64,000 nucleotides of DNA from Candidatus Omnitrophota bacterium (GTDB lineage Bacteria; Omnitrophota; Gorgyraeia; Zapsychrales; Fredricksoniimonadaceae). Made by a program: the position numbers and the translations under genes. Positions within the stretch are counted from its first letter, which is position 1, and each line of letters begins with the position of its first letter. Positions 26,918-36,610 of this stretch are shown piece after piece. The DNA is taken from NCBI GenBank assembly GCA_015232565.1, contig JADFZK010000001.1:13160-77159 (forward strand), in the 5' to 3' direction. Below the pieces are notes generated by a model. It was given only the letters and a program-made list of their open reading frames with translations. It was not told the DNA's origin and did no database searches.

Positions 26918-27493
26918 ATGGACGAGCGAGAATTCGAATTGATCAATATCATCGGCGGTGAGCTGGGGGCCAATCAAAGGGACCTTTCCCGTCAGATGAA
27001 CCTGTCTTTAGGCATGACCAACATGCTTATCCGCCGCCTTATCACCAAAGGCTACCTGCGCATCAAACAGCTTAACAAGAAGAAGGTCGAGTATCTTTTA
27101 ACGCCGCGCGGTTTCTCGGAGAAAATGCGCAAGTCGGTGCGTTATACCATGAAGACCATTGGTTCAATAGGGCTGATTCGCAGAAGTATCTCCCGTTTAT
27201 TAAGCGAACTATATGCCGAAGGCACGCGCAAGTTTTATGTGCTTGGCAGTTCTGATCTTACGCTTCTGATCGAAATGGTTGTCCGGGAAGAGGTCTTTCA
27301 GGGCTCTGAGCTGGTTCATGTTACCGAGCCGCTACAGGCAAAGGGCGATGGCGTCCTTTTGGTGTGCCGCGAGCAGTCCGAACCGGTGGCGCTGGAAGGT
27401 GTGCGTGCGGTAAATGTGGTGGAAGAACTGGCTAAAGACGAGCTCTTCGCCGGGCACCTGAGCCCGGTGCCAGCGGGGGTCCTTAATGGCTGA
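26918..27493 (+). CDS. Winged-helix (MarR-like) transcriptional regulator with a C-terminal domain of unknown function
   Basis: The N-terminal roughly 70 aa, ELINIIGGELGANQRDLSRQMNLSLGMTNMLIRRLITKGYLRI, form a wHTH. Confidence 0.7.
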   Translation: MDEREFELINIIGGELGANQRDLSRQMNLSLGMTNMLIRRLITKGYLRIKQLNKKKVEYLLTPRGFSEKMRKSVRYTMKTIGSIGLIRRSISRLLSELYAEGTRKFYVLGSSDLTLLIEMVVREEVFQGSELVHVTEPLQAKGDGVLLVCREQSEPVALEGVRAVNVVEELAKDELFAGHLSPVPAGVLNG

Positions 27494-28493
27494 AGTTGTT
27501 GATCCGTCTTTTAATGAAGTTATCGCTCTTATCCGTGCGGCTCGTGCGCAGGCTTTTCAGACGGTCAATACGGCATTGATTGACCTTTATTGGCAGTTGG
27601 GTGAATATATCAGTCGAAAGGTGATTTCTTCGGCGTGGGGAGAAGGGGTTATTGATAATCTGGCGTGTTTTATCGCGGATGGTCACCCGGACCTTAAGGG
27701 ATTTACCCGGAGTAATTTATTTAGAATGAGGCAATTGTTTGAGGCTTACCGGGATGATGAGAAAGTCGCACCGCTGGTGCGACAATTGCCCTGGGCACAT
27801 AATTTACTTGTCTTAAGCAAGTGTAAATTATCGGAAGAAAGAGAATTCTATATTCGTTTGGCGGTTCGAGATCGTTTGCCAAAAAGAGAATTGGAGCGGC
27901 AAATTGATGGGTGTCTTTTTGAAAGAAAGGTGCTGGCTCCAGTAAAAGTGTCACCACTGGTGACACTTTTATATCCTGCTGTGCAAGAAGAGTTTAAGGA
28001 TTCTTATCTGGTCGGTTTTCTGGATTTGCCCGAGCAACATTCCGAGAAAGACCTGCAAAAGGGGTTGCTTAAGGATCTTAAGAAGGTTCTTATGGAGTTA
28101 GGCCGTGATTTTTGTTTTGTTGGCGAAGAATATCGTCTTCAGGTGGGGGGGCAGGATTTTTTTGTGGACTTGTTGTTTTTTCATCGGGGTTTGTCGTGCC
28201 TGGTAGCCTTTGAAATAAAGGTAACCGATTTTAAGCCGGATTATATGGGGCAACTTGATTTTTATTTGGAAGCATTGGACCGGGATGTGCGAAAGCCGCA
28301 TGAAAAGCCGAGTATTGGCGTTCTTTTGTGTAAGTCTAAAGACGCTGAGGTTGTGGAGTATGCTTTGAGCCGCACCTTGTCGCCGGCTCTTGTGGCTGAG
28401 TATAAAACACGCTTACCGGAGAAGGCCTTTCTTCAGCAAAAACTGCGTGAATTTTATGATCTGGAGGCAGATAAGAAGGAAGGCGCGCAATGA
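27486..28493 (+). CDS. YhcG/DUF1016 family PDDEXK nuclease
   Basis: N-terminal DUF1016 helical region (LIDLYWQLGEYISRKV...LFRMRQL...LPWAHNLLVLSK) and a C-terminal PD-(D/E)xK core (DFFVDLLFFH...AFEIK). Confidence 0.8.
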   Translation: MAEVVDPSFNEVIALIRAARAQAFQTVNTALIDLYWQLGEYISRKVISSAWGEGVIDNLACFIADGHPDLKGFTRSNLFRMRQLFEAYRDDEKVAPLVRQLPWAHNLLVLSKCKLSEEREFYIRLAVRDRLPKRELERQIDGCLFERKVLAPVKVSPLVTLLYPAVQEEFKDSYLVGFLDLPEQHSEKDLQKGLLKDLKKVLMELGRDFCFVGEEYRLQVGGQDFFVDLLFFHRGLSCLVAFEIKVTDFKPDYMGQLDFYLEALDRDVRKPHEKPSIGVLLCKSKDAEVVEYALSRTLSPALVAEYKTRLPEKAFLQQKLREFYDLEADKKEGAQ

Positions 28494-28573
28494 AACGCGA
28501 CATGTAAATGAAAGGTATATGTGTTACGGCCTATTCGGGTGGTAAAGGCCTGGAGGTTTTCGACCGGGATTAG

Positions 28574-28870
28574 TTTGTAGTTAAGGTGCCGCTGGGAGCG
28601 GAAGGCGTTGATCCGGTGTCCGGGATCAATGTTGCTGACGGGCATGGCGCAGTTCAGCAGACTACCCAGAAAACTACCCAGAAAACTACCCGGCATATAC
28701 TCGCTCTTATGAGGAAGGATCCGCATATTACCCGACAGGAATTGGCGAAAGTTCTGGCCTTGACCGATGAAGGTATCAAGTATAACTTGCGGAATATGCA
28801 AAGGGACGGGATCTTAAAGCGCGTGGGCGCCGACAAAGGCGGGCACTGGGAAGTTCTGGTTAAGGAATAA
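28574..28870 (+). pseudogene. C-terminal remnant of a Schlafen/AlbA_2-HATPase_c_4-type regulator (TTQK repeat plus HTH)
   Basis: The reading frame is closed by TAG at 28571 and no N-terminal domain lies upstream. It encodes TTQKTTQKTT from a 12-nt tandem repeat at 28661-28693, followed by the typical C-terminal HTH ILALMRKDPHITRQELAKVLALTDEGIKYNLRNMQRDGILKRVGADKGGHWEVL. Confidence 0.45.
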
Positions 28871-28904
28871 GGGCGGGTTAAACGAACAGAAAGGATGGCC
28901 GGGT

Positions 28905-29648
28905 ATGAAGACCAAGATCTATAGTTTGGGCTGGGTGCCGGATATACCGGATACCAGGGATTTATACTATAGCGCTATTCGTGCCCGGGTTAAGCTGGCG
29001 CCGGCGGTGGACTTGCGGGCGGGTTGTTCGGTGGTGGAAGATCAGGGCTCGTTGGGTAGCTGTACGGCCCAGGCCCTGGCCGGGAACCTGGAATTCCTGG
29101 ATCTTTTGGCCGACGGGGCTTACGAAGATGTGAGCCGGCTGTTCATTTATTATAATGAACGGGTACTGCAGGGAGATACCACGGTGGACTCCGGCGCTTC
29201 GTTGCGTAACGGGATCAAGACCCTGGCCAAAGCCGGTGCGTGCGCGGAGAGCTTGTGGCCATATAAAATAGAGAAATTCGCTGATAAACCGGCGGCACGC
29301 TGTTATACTGAGGCCCAAAATCATCGGATCGTTTCTTATCACCGGATCACGACTGTGGAAGAAATGCTGGCCTGCCTGTCGGAAGGCTTTCCTTTTGTTT
29401 TTGGTTTTGCGGTCTATGAAAGCCTGCAAACGCCGCAGGTGGCGAAAACCGGCAAAGTGCCAATGCCCAAAAAGACCGAACGCATGCTGGGCGGGCACGC
29501 GGTGCTGGCAGTGGGTTATAACCAGAAAGATAAGCGCTTTCTGGTGCGTAACTCCTGGGGTGCAAAGTGGGGTATGAGCGGGTATTTCACCATGCCGTTC
29601 GCTTATCTGGAAACCCTGGCGGCGGATTTTTGGACGATACGGAAATAA
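28905..29648 (+). CDS. C1 family (papain-like) cysteine peptidase
   Basis: QGSLGSCTAQA provides the catalytic Cys. GGHAVLAVGYN provides the His. NSWGAKWGMSGYF supplies the Asn/Trp. Confidence 0.85.
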   Translation: MKTKIYSLGWVPDIPDTRDLYYSAIRARVKLAPAVDLRAGCSVVEDQGSLGSCTAQALAGNLEFLDLLADGAYEDVSRLFIYYNERVLQGDTTVDSGASLRNGIKTLAKAGACAESLWPYKIEKFADKPAARCYTEAQNHRIVSYHRITTVEEMLACLSEGFPFVFGFAVYESLQTPQVAKTGKVPMPKKTERMLGGHAVLAVGYNQKDKRFLVRNSWGAKWGMSGYFTMPFAYLETLAADFWTIRK

Positions 29649-29687
29649 GGAAAGAAATTCTTTGTAAAGGGATCTTTGAGGAGAGTC

Positions 29688-30671
29688 ATGGCAGATAAGA
29701 AGAAAGTACTTATTACGGGTGCTGGCGGGTTTATTGGCAGCCATTTGGTCGAACTTTGCGTTAGCCGGGGCATGAAGGTTAAAGCGTTTGTTCGTTATAA
29801 TTCCCGCAATCACTGGGGATGGCTGGAGCAAAGCCCCTGTTTAAAAGATATTGAAGTGGTGGCCGGAGATATTCGGGATTATGATTCTGTCTTTTATGCG
29901 ATGAAAGGTTGTGCTTCGGTCTTTCATCTGGCGGCTCTCATTGGCATCCCTTATTCGTATGTTTCTCCACAGGCTTATATTAAAACCAACGTTGACGGCA
30001 CTTACAATATTCTCCAGGCGGCAAAAGAGTTGGCGCTTAAGAATGTGGTAGTGACCTCGACTAGCGAGACCTACGGGACCGCGCAGTACGTTCCGATCGA
30101 TGAGAAGCATCCGGCGGTCGGGCAGTCGCCTTATTCGGCCAGCAAGATTGCGGCCGATCAGCTGGCTATCAGTTACTACCGCTCTTTCGGGTTACCGGTG
30201 CGGATCGTGCGTCCTTTTAATACGTACGGCCCAAGGCAATCGGCGCGGGCGGTGATACCGACGATCATTTCGCAGGTGCTTTCCGGCGCCCGGGAATTAA
30301 AATTGGGCAATACCGCGCCAACCAGGGATTTTACTTTTGTTAAAGATACGGCGCTGGGTTTTGTTGAAGTGTCTTTGGCCAAAAGCCTTGTAGGTGAGGC
30401 GGTAAATTTGGGAACCGGTACGGAGATTTCGGTTAATGATCTTGCGCTTAAGATCGCCGGTTTATTGGGTAAGAAGGTTAAGATAGCTTCTGAGGCCCAG
30501 CGCTTGCGCGGGGTCAAAACTGAAGTCGAACGCTTATGTTCTGATCATACCAAGGTTACGGCGCATACTGGCTGGGTACCGCGGTATGACCTTGATAAGG
30601 GCCTTAAAGAATCCATTCTTTGGATGCAGAAGAATCTGCAGTGTTATAAGGCTGATCTTTATAATGTATAG
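29688..30671 (+). CDS. NAD-dependent sugar-nucleotide epimerase/dehydratase (4,6-dehydratase-like; LegB/PseB-type candidate)
   Basis: VLITGAGGFIGSH; a catalytic triad Thr/Tyr-x3-Lys context (TSTSETYG...YSASK). GGAG ribosome-binding site before the ATG at 29688. Confidence 0.85.
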   Translation: MADKKKVLITGAGGFIGSHLVELCVSRGMKVKAFVRYNSRNHWGWLEQSPCLKDIEVVAGDIRDYDSVFYAMKGCASVFHLAALIGIPYSYVSPQAYIKTNVDGTYNILQAAKELALKNVVVTSTSETYGTAQYVPIDEKHPAVGQSPYSASKIAADQLAISYYRSFGLPVRIVRPFNTYGPRQSARAVIPTIISQVLSGARELKLGNTAPTRDFTFVKDTALGFVEVSLAKSLVGEAVNLGTGTEISVNDLALKIAGLLGKKVKIASEAQRLRGVKTEVERLCSDHTKVTAHTGWVPRYDLDKGLKESILWMQKNLQCYKADLYNV

Positions 30672-30677
30672 TTTGTT

Positions 30678-31856
30678 GTGGTTTATATGAAGCCAGGCGC
30701 GATCGACAGGTGTATTGCATTTATCAAGTCACAATATGAGGGCGAAGAGCCCGTTGCATTGCATGCTCCGCGTTTTCTGGGAAACGAGAAAAAGTATCTG
30801 TCCGATTGTATAGATTCGACTTTTGTTTCCAGTGTCGGGAAATATGTTGAGCGATTCGAAAAGCAGTGCGCTGATTATTGTGGTGCAAAATATGCGGTTG
30901 CTGTTGTTAATGGTACTGCGGCGCTGCATATGGCGCTTGTGCTGAAGGGGATCGGCCCTGGGGATGGGGTAATCACTCAGGCGCTCAGTTTTGTGGCTAC
31001 GGCAAACGCTATTCACTATACTGGCGCCAGTCCTGTTTTTGTTGATGTTGACCGTGATACCTTGAGCCTTTCTCCGGCCAAGCTGGAAGATTTTCTGAAG
31101 ACCGAATCCGTTCTTCGGGATGGAGCCAGGATTCATAAGGCCAGCGGGTTGCGTTTGCGGTCCTGTATTGTTATGCATACTTTTGGCCATCCAGGGCGTA
31201 TGCGGGAATTGCTCCGGGTTTGTGAACATTTTGGGTTGGTGCTTATTGAAGATGCGGCGGAAGGAATGGGGAGTTTTCTGGATGGCCGGCATCTAGGCAC
31301 ATTCGCTCCGATCGGGGCTTTAAGCTTTAATGGCAACAAGATTATTACGACCGGCGGCGGCGGGATGCTTCTTTTTGATGATGAGGCGCTGGCGCGTAAG
31401 GCCAGGCATTTAACGACTACCGCCAAAGTGCCGCATTCCTGGGAATATGATCATGATGCGGCAGGCTATAATTACCGGATGCCGAATTTGAACGCGGCTT
31501 TGGGCCTGGCGCAGATCGAACAGTTACCGGGTTTCCTGGCCAGTAAAAGAGCATTGGCCGCAGCGTATTCAAAGTTCTTTTATGATGAGGGTATTGCGTT
31601 CATTAGTGAGCCGGCTGGCGCCGTAGCGAATTATTGGCTGAATGCCATCGCCCTTGGCGATCGCCGGGAAAGAGATACTTTCCTGGAGAAGACTAATGCT
31701 GCGGGTGTGATGACGCGTCCGTTGTGGAAATTGCTGGATGGCCTGCCGCCGTATCAGCAGTGCCCCAGGGCCAATCTGGATAATGCCCGTTGGCTGGAAG
31801 ACCGGGTGGTGAATATTCCCAGTAGCGTAACGAGGTGGAGAGATGGAAAGACTTAA
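30678..31856 (+). CDS. DegT/DnrJ/EryC1/StrS family PLP-dependent sugar aminotransferase
   Basis: AVVNGTAALHMA and FNGNKIITTGGGGMLL, where the Lys binds PLP. Confidence 0.9.
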   Translation: MVYMKPGAIDRCIAFIKSQYEGEEPVALHAPRFLGNEKKYLSDCIDSTFVSSVGKYVERFEKQCADYCGAKYAVAVVNGTAALHMALVLKGIGPGDGVITQALSFVATANAIHYTGASPVFVDVDRDTLSLSPAKLEDFLKTESVLRDGARIHKASGLRLRSCIVMHTFGHPGRMRELLRVCEHFGLVLIEDAAEGMGSFLDGRHLGTFAPIGALSFNGNKIITTGGGGMLLFDDEALARKARHLTTTAKVPHSWEYDHDAAGYNYRMPNLNAALGLAQIEQLPGFLASKRALAAAYSKFFYDEGIAFISEPAGAVANYWLNAIALGDRRERDTFLEKTNAAGVMTRPLWKLLDGLPPYQQCPRANLDNARWLEDRVVNIPSSVTRWRDGKT

Positions 31857-32901
31857 GAAAATACTGATCCATCCTGATAGCACGATCAAGCAGGCGCTCA
31901 AGCAGATGGACGCTATGGGTGAGAAAACACTGATCACGGTCGACGCGAATAATTACATTCTGGGGACTACTACCGACGGTGATATCCGCCGCTGGGTCCT
32001 TAAGGGTAAAGGTATCAATGAAGGCCTGGCGAAGGTGATGAACTCTCAGCCCCTGACGCTGGTGGAGGGTTATAATAAAGAGACGGCCAAAAAGATCATG
32101 TTGCGCAAACAGATCGAGTGCCTGCCGGTCGTGGATAAGGTTGGCAGGGTTACCGGTTGTCTTTGGTGGATGGATCTTTTTGAGACCAAGGCGAAGATCA
32201 AGAATGACGTTAGACTGCCGGTGGTCATTATGGCTGGCGGGGAAGGTTCGCGGCTTCATCCTTTTACCAAGATCCTGCCCAAGCCGCTGATGCCGATCGG
32301 AGATAAACCCATTATTGAAGTAATTGTCGACCGGTTCTTTGAACACGGTTGCCAGGATTTTTATTTGTCCTTGAATTATAAATCAAATCTTATTAAGGCG
32401 TATTTCAGCGATTTTGAGCATTTATACAACATTAACTATATTTTGGAGAGCAAGCCGCTGGGGACAGCGGGCAGTCTGCACCTGTTGCGCGACAAGATCA
32501 AGACGACATTCTTTGTGAGTAATTGTGATATTCTTATTGAGGCGGACTACGCTGATATGTTGAAATTTCATCGTAGTAATAAGAACAAGATCACCATGGT
32601 GAGTTCCATGAAGAATTTCACCATTCCGTATGGCGTGTGTGAGATACATAACGGCGGGACGCTCAAGAGTATTCAGGAGAAGCCGGAACATGATTTTCTG
32701 GTGAACACCGGCATGTATATTCTGGAGCCGGGAGTCCTTAAGGATATTCCGGCGGACCGGTTTTATCACATTACGGACCTGATCAATGATTATTTGAAGA
32801 AGGGTGAGCAGGTAGGCGTTTACCCTGTTTCCGAGAAGGCCTGGCTGGATATTGGGCAATTCGAGGAGTTGCAGGAAACTTTGAAGAAATTTGAGGTATA
32901 G
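31843..32901 (+). CDS. Tandem-CBS-domain sugar-1-phosphate nucleotidyltransferase (PtmE-like)
   Basis: The N-terminal roughly 120 aa form a CBS pair. They are followed by VIMAGGEGSRLHPFTKILPKPLMPIGDKPII, a nucleotidyltransferase signature. Confidence 0.85.
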   Translation: MERLKKILIHPDSTIKQALKQMDAMGEKTLITVDANNYILGTTTDGDIRRWVLKGKGINEGLAKVMNSQPLTLVEGYNKETAKKIMLRKQIECLPVVDKVGRVTGCLWWMDLFETKAKIKNDVRLPVVIMAGGEGSRLHPFTKILPKPLMPIGDKPIIEVIVDRFFEHGCQDFYLSLNYKSNLIKAYFSDFEHLYNINYILESKPLGTAGSLHLLRDKIKTTFFVSNCDILIEADYADMLKFHRSNKNKITMVSSMKNFTIPYGVCEIHNGGTLKSIQEKPEHDFLVNTGMYILEPGVLKDIPADRFYHITDLINDYLKKGEQVGVYPVSEKAWLDIGQFEELQETLKKFEV

Positions 32902-32906
32902 TGCGG

Positions 32907-34049
32907 ATGGAGAGTCAAAAGGGTTGTTATCTTTGCGGGCACCGGAGGTTTCGTGTTGTGTTGGATCGTCCGGCTGTTGTGCCTTGGACAAGTTCGGGGG
33001 ATAAAGCCAGGGGACGCCGTCGGTTTCCCTGCATTCTTCGGCAGTGCCTTGATTGCGGACATGTTTACCAACCTGTTTCTTTGTCATTGCGAAGGGAATT
33101 GGCTGCAATTTATTCCTCGGACCGAGCCCAAATGTCTACGACTATGGGCAGGGGCTGTTGGGGCAAGGCGCGGTCGGATGTATTCCTGAAGGATTTTTTT
33201 AGAGTGGTGAACTTCTTGCGTTATGACTCCATTCTTGAGATAGGCTGCGGTGACGGATATCTTTTGCGGGAGTTAAAGAAGATGGGAGGGAGGGGGTTGG
33301 CTGGTTTGGAGCCCTCTTTACCTAGTGATTCTTGCCGAAATGGGATCCGGTTGATAAAAGGGTTTGCGTCTGAAGGGGTTCGGTTACCACGACGTTATGA
33401 GTTTCTATTCTCGGCGTATGTGATGGAGCATGTGGAGAATATTCGGGGTTTTATGAGGTTTTGTCTCGCTAACTTAAAGCCTGATGGAGAGATGTATTTC
33501 ATTGTGCCTAATGCACTCAAGGCGATGAAGGATGGGGATTTGTCTCTGTTTACCCATCAGCATATTCAATATTTTATGCCGTCAACGGTGCGCCGTTTGA
33601 TGGAATCGTACGGGTTTGAGGTGTTGTCATTACGTGAGATTGCTGACGATGTTGAGGTGCTAGGGCGCTGGACAGGCCGTTTGGTGGGTAAGCTTCCAAT
33701 TGCAGGTAAGTTTGGTTACGAGGCCCGGTTGCGCAAGGTAATGAAGAGGGCTTTGCGTGTTTTGCGCCGCCCCCCAGTGATTGTCCACGGTATCAGTAAT
33801 TCGTTAAATAATCTTCTGGGTTGGCAGTCTGGGAGTTTTGACATGGCGCTGGTTGACAATGATCCAACCAAGGAGGGAAAGGTCTTTTTTGGTAAGACAG
33901 CTGTTCCTACGGCGAAGATTTCATTGGCCGGTTATCGGGGAGTGTTGATTATTCCTAATACTTATGCGGCAGCGATCCGCCATGAATATGAAGTTCGCTC
34001 TTTTCAGGGGGTTATTTCGGATTTGATTTTGGAGGATCATGAAGGTTAA
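32907..34049 (+). CDS. Zinc-ribbon plus class I methyltransferase plus C-methyltransferase C-terminal domain protein (sugar C-methyltransferase family, Methyltransf_13/14-like)
   Basis: CYLCGH...CLDCGH zinc ribbon, the SAM motif ILEIGCGDGYLLREL, and a C-terminal domain of about 130 aa. A GTG at 32901 is an alternative start. Confidence 0.8.
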   Translation: MESQKGCYLCGHRRFRVVLDRPAVVPWTSSGDKARGRRRFPCILRQCLDCGHVYQPVSLSLRRELAAIYSSDRAQMSTTMGRGCWGKARSDVFLKDFFRVVNFLRYDSILEIGCGDGYLLRELKKMGGRGLAGLEPSLPSDSCRNGIRLIKGFASEGVRLPRRYEFLFSAYVMEHVENIRGFMRFCLANLKPDGEMYFIVPNALKAMKDGDLSLFTHQHIQYFMPSTVRRLMESYGFEVLSLREIADDVEVLGRWTGRLVGKLPIAGKFGYEARLRKVMKRALRVLRRPPVIVHGISNSLNNLLGWQSGSFDMALVDNDPTKEGKVFFGKTAVPTAKISLAGYRGVLIIPNTYAAAIRHEYEVRSFQGVISDLILEDHEG

Positions 34050-34749
34050 GACTGTCTTATGTCCTCGTTTTTCGGAAGTGTCCCGTAGTTTCTTCAATCG
34101 GGATTGTCAGGTTCATACAGCGTGGACTGATGGCGCCTGTGCGCCGCGTGAGATCTTGAAAGCAGCTGAGGACCTTGGCTTGGACACGTTGGCGTTTACA
34201 GAGCACATTCGTTCCGAGAGCGTTTATTTCAAGGATTTCTTTCGCGAGATTGAAGGCCTCCGTAAAGGGTTAGTAATGAAGGTTTTTATCGGAGTGGAGA
34301 CCAAGGTTATAGATGAGGAGGGACAGTTGGATATTTCTTCGGCAGATTATGCCATGGCGGAAATTGTCCTGGGGAGTGTCCATCGTATTCCGCATAATGG
34401 CGGTTTTTATCATCCTCGTGATCTCGGACTTGAGGTGACGCTTGAAGAGGAATTCCGCTATTTAATGGCCATGTTGCGTGGCGGTCGGGTTGATGTGCTG
34501 GCTCATCCGTTTGGGATGTCACTAAGAATGTTTAATGTTTTCTCGACAGATCATTTAGAAGAGGTTATTCGAACGGCGGCTTTGACTGGCGTTGCTTTTG
34601 AGTTCAATTCCAAGTATGCCAGTCCAGTATTCTTGAAGGAAGCGGTTCGTTTTTGTCGCAAACATGATCCTTTGGTGTCGCTTGGTTCGGATGTTCATAA
34701 GATTGAGGATCTTGGCCGTTGCCGTGGGATTCTGGAAGGGTTGATATGA
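34039..34749 (+). CDS. PHP-domain metal-dependent phosphoesterase
   Basis: CQVHTAWTDG...LAFTEHIRSE...GSVHRIPHNG...LAHPFG, a pattern of metal-binding His/Asp residues. Confidence 0.7.
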   Translation: MKVKTVLCPRFSEVSRSFFNRDCQVHTAWTDGACAPREILKAAEDLGLDTLAFTEHIRSESVYFKDFFREIEGLRKGLVMKVFIGVETKVIDEEGQLDISSADYAMAEIVLGSVHRIPHNGGFYHPRDLGLEVTLEEEFRYLMAMLRGGRVDVLAHPFGMSLRMFNVFSTDHLEEVIRTAALTGVAFEFNSKYASPVFLKEAVRFCRKHDPLVSLGSDVHKIEDLGRCRGILEGLI

Positions 34750-35744
34750 TAAATGTTTTGGTGACTGGGGTTGGGTCTTTGATAGGTCAGGGCCTTTTGC
34801 GTGCGTTGAAGAGTTCAGCGTTATCCTGTTGTATTACCGGTACGGATTATTTTGCCCATGCTGTTGGACTTTACTGGGTCGATCGGGGTTATATATTACC
34901 GGACTTGTTGGCGCCTGGGGTTACCGGCAGGGCATGGTTGGCCGAGATAGTTAGGATCATTGGGGAGAGGCGTATTGATGTTGTTCTTGTTGGGCTGGAT
35001 TTTGAGGTTGCGATCTTTGCGGAGAACAGACGCATTATTGAAGAGCAGACCGGGGCAAAGGTTATTGTTGCTACTTCAGAGGCTGTCGCGATTTGCAAAG
35101 ATAAATATCGCACTGCGCTGTTCTTGCAGGAGAGTGGATTCTTGTTCCCGGATTCGTGTTTGCCGCAGGATATAGAGACTTTCTTGGAGCGTCGTGCATT
35201 TCCGTTGGTGGTCAAACCACGTGCGGGGTTCCGTTCTCGGGATCTATTTGTAGTAAGAGATCGGAAGGAACTGGCTGAGGCAATGTCCCGTTGTCCAGAT
35301 CCCGTTGTTCAGGAGCAGGTTGGTGTTTGTGAGGCAGAATATACGTGCGGTACTGTTTGTCAGGGAGGAGAAAGTCTGAGTGTCATTGCGCTTCGGCGCG
35401 ACCTGAAGGATGGCAATACGATCCGCGCCGTTTTTGATGAACAGTGTTTGGGCCTTCATGAATTTGTTCGGAGGGCCGGATTGGCGCTTAGGTCTGATGG
35501 GCCGTTTAACTTTCAGCTGAGGCTTACAGAGCGTGGGCCGGTGGTTTTTGAGATTAATCCCCGTTTCTCGGGGACGACATATATGAGGACGTTCTTCGGT
35601 GTTAATGAAGTTGAGGTGTTGATCAATAAAGTCCATTTTGGCAAGGATCCGGTACCGGTGGAATGGAGTTCGGGAGTAGCGTTAAGGTATTATGATGACC
35701 AGTTTATCCCGATGGATCAATTTCGAAAGTGGTCGATGACGTGA
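34746..35744 (+). CDS. ATP-grasp domain ligase
   Basis: ATGA overlap with the PHP gene. An N-terminal Rossmann-like region is followed by an ATP-grasp core (FPLVVKPRAGFRSRDLFVV...EQVGV...EYTCG...FEINPRFSGT). Confidence 0.8.
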   Translation: MINVLVTGVGSLIGQGLLRALKSSALSCCITGTDYFAHAVGLYWVDRGYILPDLLAPGVTGRAWLAEIVRIIGERRIDVVLVGLDFEVAIFAENRRIIEEQTGAKVIVATSEAVAICKDKYRTALFLQESGFLFPDSCLPQDIETFLERRAFPLVVKPRAGFRSRDLFVVRDRKELAEAMSRCPDPVVQEQVGVCEAEYTCGTVCQGGESLSVIALRRDLKDGNTIRAVFDEQCLGLHEFVRRAGLALRSDGPFNFQLRLTERGPVVFEINPRFSGTTYMRTFFGVNEVEVLINKVHFGKDPVPVEWSSGVALRYYDDQFIPMDQFRKWSMT

Positions 35745-36610
35745 AAGTGCTAGTAACCGGAGGCAGTGGTTTTATCGGCAGTGCGGTTGTGAACCGCCTT
35801 AAGGCGGAGCATGCAGTGCATGTTCTTTCCTCTCGGCGTAAGAGTGTAGTTATGACACACGAGTGTGATCTTTTATCTGCCGCGTCGGTGAAGTCCTTTG
35901 TCGATCATCTGGCTGGTGACGGATTTGACGCGCTGATTCATTTGGCGGCCATTACTTGTTCGGCTGAGAATCGGCTAAAGATTTCTTTGCTTGATGAGAA
36001 TAACATTATTACGGCTAATGTCATTGAGATCGCACGTGCTCTGCGGCCCAAAATGTTCATTCATGCCTCAAGTATGGCGGTATTTCCGAATTGCAACGGG
36101 ATTTATACAGAGGATAGCTTGATTAACCCGGCCGCCAACGGGGATGGGCTTTACGGGTTGGCAAAGTTTAACGCAGAGGTGATGCTGGACTTCTTTCTTG
36201 CTGCGCAGATGCCGGTAACTCATTTGCGGTTGAGCCAGGTTTATGGTCCCGGAATGGTCCGGGATCGCATCATTCCGTCAATGATGCGTGAATGGCGAGA
36301 GAAAGGGGCGATTACGGTGTACGGAAACGGGGAGCGCGTGACGAATTTCATTCATGTTCGGGATGTGGTTGAAGCGTTTGTGCGAGTCTTGGCCGCTCCA
36401 AAACAAGGGGTGTTCAATATTGCAGCTAGCCGGCATTGGTCTTTCTTTGAATTGGCACAGATGATCATTGGTTCAATGGGAAGTAAAGAGATGAGGATAA
36501 TATTGGAGCCAAAAGGATCGCGAGTTCAGCAGCGGATCGATGCTACGCGTTTTAACGCAACGTATGGTTTCTCGGCGGATTGTGTTGACTTTGCGGGTAT
36601 CGAGGCATGA
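35729..36610 (+). CDS. NAD-dependent epimerase/dehydratase family protein (short form)
   Basis: VLVTGGSGFIGSAV, with Tyr-x3-Lys (YGLAK). GTG start. Confidence 0.8.
   Translation: MVDDVKVLVTGGSGFIGSAVVNRLKAEHAVHVLSSRRKSVVMTHECDLLSAASVKSFVDHLAGDGFDALIHLAAITCSAENRLKISLLDENNIITANVIEIARALRPKMFIHASSMAVFPNCNGIYTEDSLINPAANGDGLYGLAKFNAEVMLDFFLAAQMPVTHLRLSQVYGPGMVRDRIIPSMMREWREKGAITVYGNGERVTNFIHVRDVVEAFVRVLAAPKQGVFNIAASRHWSFFELAQMIIGSMGSKEMRIILEPKGSRVQQRIDATRFNATYGFSADCVDFAGIEA

Noticed and set aside
28661-28693. 12-nt tandem direct repeat actacccagaaa (2.75 copies), considered as a possible CRISPR or short tandem repeat locus
   Set aside because: It is in frame within the regulator remnant and encodes the TTQK repeat typical of that protein family's linker. 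There are no spacers and no cas genes.
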